NCBI RefSeq assembly: GCF_009914755.1
Contig: NC_060932.1
Reading direction: 5' to 3' (one strand)
DNA: 64,000 nucleotides
Origin: the human T2T-CHM13v2.0 reference genome, Homo sapiens
Shown in pieces: positions 57,085 through 64,000 of this stretch. The first letter of the stretch is position 1; every line of letters begins with the position of its first letter. The notes beneath the pieces are model-generated. The model did no database searches and had not been told where the DNA came from. It saw only the letters and a list, made by a program, of their open reading frames with translations. Both the position numbers and the translations under genes were made by a program.

Positions 57085-57400
57085 AATCTCTTTGGCTATT
57101 TTGAGTCTCTTGCATTTTCAAAACAATTTTAGGATAAGCTTGTCGACGTTCACAAAAAGCTGATTAGGATTTTGATAGGGATTTTGTTGAATCTGTATAT
57201 CAATTTAGGAAGTGTTGTCCTCTTAACAAAATTAAGCTTTCCAGTCCATGAACATATAATGTCTTTTTGTTTACTTAGGTCTTTAATTTCTTAATGATGT
57301 TTCATAGTTTTCAATTTATAAGTCTTGTACTTCTTTTATTAAATGTATTAGTATTCTTTTCAATATGATTATAAACAGAATTGTTTTCTTAATTTCATTT
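57085..57400 (-). mobile_element. Old L1 fragment
   Basis: GATTTTGATAGGGATT..GTTGAATCTGTATATCAATTT (reverse L1 ORF2). Confidence 0.7.
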
Positions 57401-57806
57401 TCATCTTAATGTATATCTTTGATCATAGCTCCTTCTCCCCCTGCTTCTTTCCCAAATGAATGAGTATTTCTTTTAGATAAATTCCTGCATGTGGATTTGC
57501 TGGGTCAAAGAGTATTTGTATCTAACATTTAAAAAAATGTTGCCAGATTGGCCTCCTAAGAAGTTGCCAGAATTCTTATCAACAGATTGTAAGGGTGGCT
57601 TTAATCAACTGTTTCTTGTATTATAGATGATAAAATTTTGAACCTTGCTGGTCTGGTAAGAGAAAAATTATGTCTCCTTTTGTTTAAATATGCTTATTTA
57701 GTTATAAATATGGTCGTATATTTGTTTTTTGTTTGTGTGGAGTACCTTTCTAAGCCCTTTGCTTAGTTTTTCTATTTGCAAGTAACTCAGTACTTGTATA
57801 GATTGA

Positions 57807-58157
<351 letters not shown>

Positions 58158-61100
58158 TAATGTTTAAGATGTCATAATTTAGGGTCATTGGAAATGACTA
58201 ATTTTTTAAAACAAGTGGCAAAAGCTGGATTTCAATCATATATTCACATAAGACTACATGTCTGTATCCATGTGCTTTCTAATGCAATTGGAGTCTGGCC
58301 AACCAAGTGTTACATTAAGTAAGACAAGCATTTACCGAATGCCTAACTGGTGCCAGAAACTGTACTATAGTGATGAATATAAGGTCGTGTCCCTGGCTTC
58401 CTAAGCATCCTGATATGTTGAAATGAATTGTGGCAACTCCTTAGCAGGCCAATTTGGAAGCCTTCCATTTGCCTGTTTTTAATAGGGTACAATTTAAAGT
58501 GTTGACAGAGATATTGACAATGTTGTCTGGTTTTGAAGGCCAATTCTGCTGGGTTGAGAAAGACAGTGGGTGGTTCAGGCCAATGAGAAAGCAGGAGCAA
58601 AGGCCAGAAGGTGAAAGTAGTTGGCAAGTTTTTGGAATTGTGAGGGCTTGGTAAGTGTAGAGTTTACTTCTACATGGCAGATCAGTCACGAGGTGGGGCT
58701 AGGAAAGTATTAATACGTTGGCACCATATTGTCCAGTGGCTTGAATGCCATGCTCAAGAGTTTGATTTTTGTCTTTTTGACTTTGGAAGGCATCCATGTT
58801 TTTGAGGAATGGAATTTTAATGTGGAGGACCCATCCATAGTGATGATGATGACGACGATGATAAATAGCTAAACTAAGTGCTCAAAAGATAACTCATTTA
58901 GCCTTACAACTTCCATATGAGAGACTATTATTGTATGAGTTTTATATATTTGAAACTGGATCTTCTTAATAATGTACCTAGCACACACATTAAACAATGA
59001 TTTTTGTAGAAATTTGTTTTAAATGAAATTTAGTTGTGGTTCCAAAATAAAAGCCTTGCCTCTTCTTTCGTTTTTTTTTTTTTTTTTTTTTTTGTATTGG
59101 TTTCTTGTGTGTTACTTACAATAGGCATCTAGGAGTCACATACTCAGAGGCCTAAAGTCCTTGAAGGCCTTGTTTATGAAAGGCCACCCAGTGAAAAGGG
59201 CTCACTTTTCCTGTGTGAGTCGGGGCTGGACAGAGCTCAGGCCTTGTCTCAAGGGGGCAGTCGTAGTTGTACTTAATCATGTGGTAAGGTGTACCCAAGT
59301 GTTGGTAGAGCTTCTGACTTTTATGTGAATTCTTCCATTATCTAAATGTTGGCTCAAGTTTTAAAAACTTTGGGCTCAAGTTTTAAAAACATATTTGGCC
59401 TAGAATCACTAATCTACTGTTATTTGAGATATTTACCCTAGACATTTTAGACTAGCCAAAATATACTTAAGTAATTTAGGTATATATCTCATTGATATAC
59501 AGTCCTTATCCTTGAGGGGAAGGTGCAGTGTCAACTCTCAGAACTGCCATTTTGAAGATTAAAAGTATGATCATGTCTCATTAGTTTAGATGCTGTAATT
59601 TTGGAATACATGAAGGAGGAAGCTATTGTTTATATGATGTAGGAGAGGGATGAGTATGGTGAGGAAGGTAGGTGATAGCTAATTTTTTGAGGGAGAGATT
59701 TAGAGCTTGTAACTAAAAAATAATTCTGTATTGCCAAAGTTGGAAGACTCTAGAAAGTTTTAAGAATTTTAGGTCACTAAAGATCTCAAGAGAAATCAAT
59801 CTTGATACGAAAGGTGTTATTTATATTTTTGAAAAAAACTTATTTCTCTAAAAACCATAAAGCAAGACTTGAAAATCTTTAAAAGCCTGTTTTGTATCTA
59901 CTTTTTATAATTCAAAAAAGCCCAACCAAAATACTGTTTAAGGTTATTAAGGATGCTTCCTTGTAGAAACGGGATTGAATATGATGTGATCCTGTGAGAT
60001 CTGATCATCTCAATGGGTCTTAAGGTTGAAATGAACATCTTCCTTTTAGGCAGAGAAGATGGCTTGAATTTATATTAACACATATGCTGTGTATTGTCAG
60101 AGGGTAATGAGAATTAAAATAGCTTATCAATTTCTTCACTTTGGTTTGGTGAGGAAGTGGAATCATAAGGTTAGTATTGATCAGATCATATAAGATAAAA
60201 ATGTGCTATGTAATAACCTGTTACATTATGGACACTAGGAATTATTTTTACCACATGTGACATTTTTACCTTTATATCCTTTTCTCTACCAGTGAGGAGG
60301 TTGAGGAAATGTTTTAAAATAAATTTAAAAAGAAAGTTTGTATGCAAATATCTTGTTTAATTATTTTCATGATGTCCCACATCAAATCCCCTATACACAT
60401 TAACATTAAAAAGTTAAAAATTATGGGAAAGCCTTCAGAAAATTAGAATACATTTTTTTCATTATTATTACTTAATGACAAATTTACCATTCTACTTGAG
60501 TGAACTTCTTGATTCATCATCTTAATGTAATAGTTCTGAAGGCAGGTGGCAGCTTTAAGGAAAACTGCCACTTATGTAGAAAAAGATTATTGTAGAGTTG
60601 CTTGGATTACTGTGCTTTGGCAAAAGGATATGAAAAGAAAATGCTTTGTCAACATGAAGCTAAAATAAATATGATGACTGGCATGGAGCATAACAAGATT
60701 TACAAATGTATCTTCAATTATTTTATACATGATCTCAAATTTTGTCTTTCAGTAACTTTTTTTCTGCTTGTAAAGATCTAATCATACTTATTGGATAGAT
60801 TTGGAAAGTACTAAAAACCAATCAAACAAACAAACAAAAAAAAACAAATAATTATCTATAATCTCATCACTTAACCATAACTGTAAAGTAATGGGTGGAC
60901 TCTGAAGTCAGACAGATACTGGATTTAAGTCTTTATTCCCTATTATTATTTATCTTTAACAGCTAGCTACTTGACCTTTCTGTGCTTCAGTTTTTTTCAT
61001 CTATAAAATAGAAGTAACAATTGAATTTACCTTATAGAGCTGTTTTGAGGACTGTATGGTAAATATTGAATCTACTACTTACTGTTGTTATTTCCTTCTA

Positions 61101-62026
61101 GTCTTTTTTTCTAAGCATATATTTTTATTTGTAGTTAAAAACATACTGTATATTTGTTTCTTTTTTTTCATTTAACATCACATTATAAACATTTTCTTGT
61201 GCAATTTCCAGGTGATGAACAGCCTCCTTCTAAATCATTGACCACATTTCTTATTCTTTCCTGAGGATAAATTTCAAGATATCCTGAACCAACTGATGAC
61301 AGCCTATTTAGCTACAGGAATACTCTGGAAGGAAATGGTAGCTTCTGGAGTTTTAACTGGAGTGTTAATCTTGCCACCATGACCTAATGGAATATCACAT
61401 AACCTCCCTGGTGTGACCATTAAGCTTAGCAGGATCTCAGAGAATAGACAGAGGAATATGCAAGCTGGTTATCAGAGAAGGCTCTGGAGCCTGTCAGTCA
61501 GTTTGAACCTTGGTTCTGCAACTTTGGCAATATATATATTTTTTATCACTCTGAGCCCTTTCTGTACAATAGGATAAAACTAATACCTATTTCATGTGGT
61601 TGTTTGGAAGATTAAATAGTTTGATATGTAATCCTGGCAGGTGGTAACTACTTAATGAATGTTAGCTCCTATTGTTCATTATATTAGATACCTAAAGTTT
61701 GTTTTATGATTAAATGCGAGAGAATGGCAGTGATGTTCGCATGTAATGTGAGTACAAGCTGTTAACATATAAAATAGGGCAATACAAATATTTTTTACTC
61801 CGAAATGGATTGATTTTCCTCCCATTTAAAATAAATAACAGAAATATTCTGTTTTATGTTTTGTGGCCAGAAGCTAGCATGGGAAGAGGCATTTGATTTA
61901 ATAATCCTTATAGAGAATTTTTAACAATTTTCTTCAGTAATTCAAAGGTGGAAAGTGATTTTTGTCCAGATTATTCTTGTTGAAAGACAAAAATGCTTTA
62001 TGTTAGTTTTTTAAAAATTAAATTTG

Positions 62027-62419
<393 letters not shown>

Positions 62420-62794
62420 TTACTATGTGCTACACACTGCTCTAGGTGCTTTACCTGTAATAACTCATATAATCCTCACAATGCCATATGAAGAAATTTA
62501 TTTTATTGTCCCCATTTTGTAGATGAAGGAACTGAGGCACAGAGAGGTCAAATAACCTGCTGAAAGTTACATAGCTTGGGAGAAAATTCTGTGCTATGTA
62601 GTCCAGCTCCAGAGCCTGTGCTTTTTAAATCAGAAAACAAAGAATAATAATTAAGTACAATACCAATATGTTTGCAGTGAGTTTGTGTTAATACAAGAAT
62701 TTGATTACTATTAAATTCAAGAGCATGTTTTAAAAAATTCATCTGTTTTTTGGAAATATATGTATGCAAATTTAAATTCATTTTCCCCTTTTAG

Positions 62795-62998
<204 letters not shown>

Positions 62999-63312
62999 TA
63001 AGTCCCTTACATCAAGCCTATTGGCGACGCTTTTGAAGAAACTGTTCTGTGCCATAGTATTGAAAACACTGTTCGCCAGAGTTGTTTGATTAGCATCTTA
63101 ATCTTATATGAAATACTAGAAATATTATTTAGATTATTTAAATACATCTTTTTGGAAAAAGTTAGGTACTATTTGAGATGAAAGAAACAATGAAAATTGT
63201 GGAACTGATGTTTGGGTAAACATCCGCAATTTTCATTATTTTAATTTCTCCAATTCAGTGGTAGAATATTTCTTTTTCTGTACACGAAGATGAAGTTAAA
63301 AAGTACGACATG

Positions 63313-63435
63313 GAGCCAGGTGGGATGGTGTGTGCCTGTAATCCCAGCTACTGGGAAGCTGAGGCAGGAAGATCACTTGAAGCCCAGAATTTGAGACCAG
63401 CTGGGCAACATAGTGAGACCTTGTCTCAAAAGAAA
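63313..63435 (+). mobile_element. Alu monomer (FLAM/FAM-like)
   Basis: Single arm with short A tail. Confidence 0.8.
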
Positions 63436-63516
63436 CATTTTTTTTTTAAGCACTATATGGAGGTTGCTTTGTCTTCAGTGGGAGTGATTATGGTTACTGC
63501 TTTAATTAATAATTAA

Positions 63517-63880
<364 letters not shown>

Positions 63881-64000
63881 TAAACAGGTATTTCAAAATA
63901 TCTGTTATTGTGATGAATATAGGAAGGGTAAGACCATGTGGAAGGAATTTCTTCTTATTAGGCATATTCTGGTACCCTGTAAACTCTGTTCCAAAGTCTG

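Noticed and set aside
59369-59410. 22-bp tandem duplication (GGCTCAAGTTTTAAAAAC twice); similar small duplication at 19812-19840
   Set aside because: Ordinary slippage duplications with no functional clue.

Overview
Human (primate) genomic DNA that I recognise as the 8q21.3 NBN-DECR1 locus; it is not prokaryotic and has no CRISPR, rRNA or tRNA. Minus strand: NBN (nibrin/NBS1) coding exons 1-10 (ATG at 29742, exon 10 ending at 464; the gene continues off the left edge). All ten exons were read with GT-AG boundaries and lengths of 37/134/149/160/104/118/194/98/130/273 nt. Plus strand: DECR1 exon 1 (ATG at 47164) and exon 2 (62795-62997), continuing off the right edge. The genes are head-to-head, 17.4 kb apart, each with its own CpG island. 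Most remaining sequence is Alu, L1, L2, MIR, LTR/ERV and DNA-transposon remnants, which account for nearly all ORF-track entries. I found no new multi-gene system. The most notable structures are: (1) a nested palindromic AT-rich element at about 39.4-40.8 kb (27-bp VNTR, 88-bp inverted arms, inner perfect 33-bp palindrome); (2) a 50-nt poison exon in NBN intron 2 whose AG|GT start would rebuild a 5' splice site; (3) an alternative DECR1 exon at an LTR edge that swaps the mitochondrial presequence; (4) a dyad-symmetric GC minisatellite after DECR1 exon 1; (5) convergent CTCF motifs and a uORF at NBN exon 1; (6) a ~175-bp local duplication of an LTR end plus flank. Repeat subfamily names come from memory of consensus sequences, and repeat boundaries are approximate unless TSDs are given.
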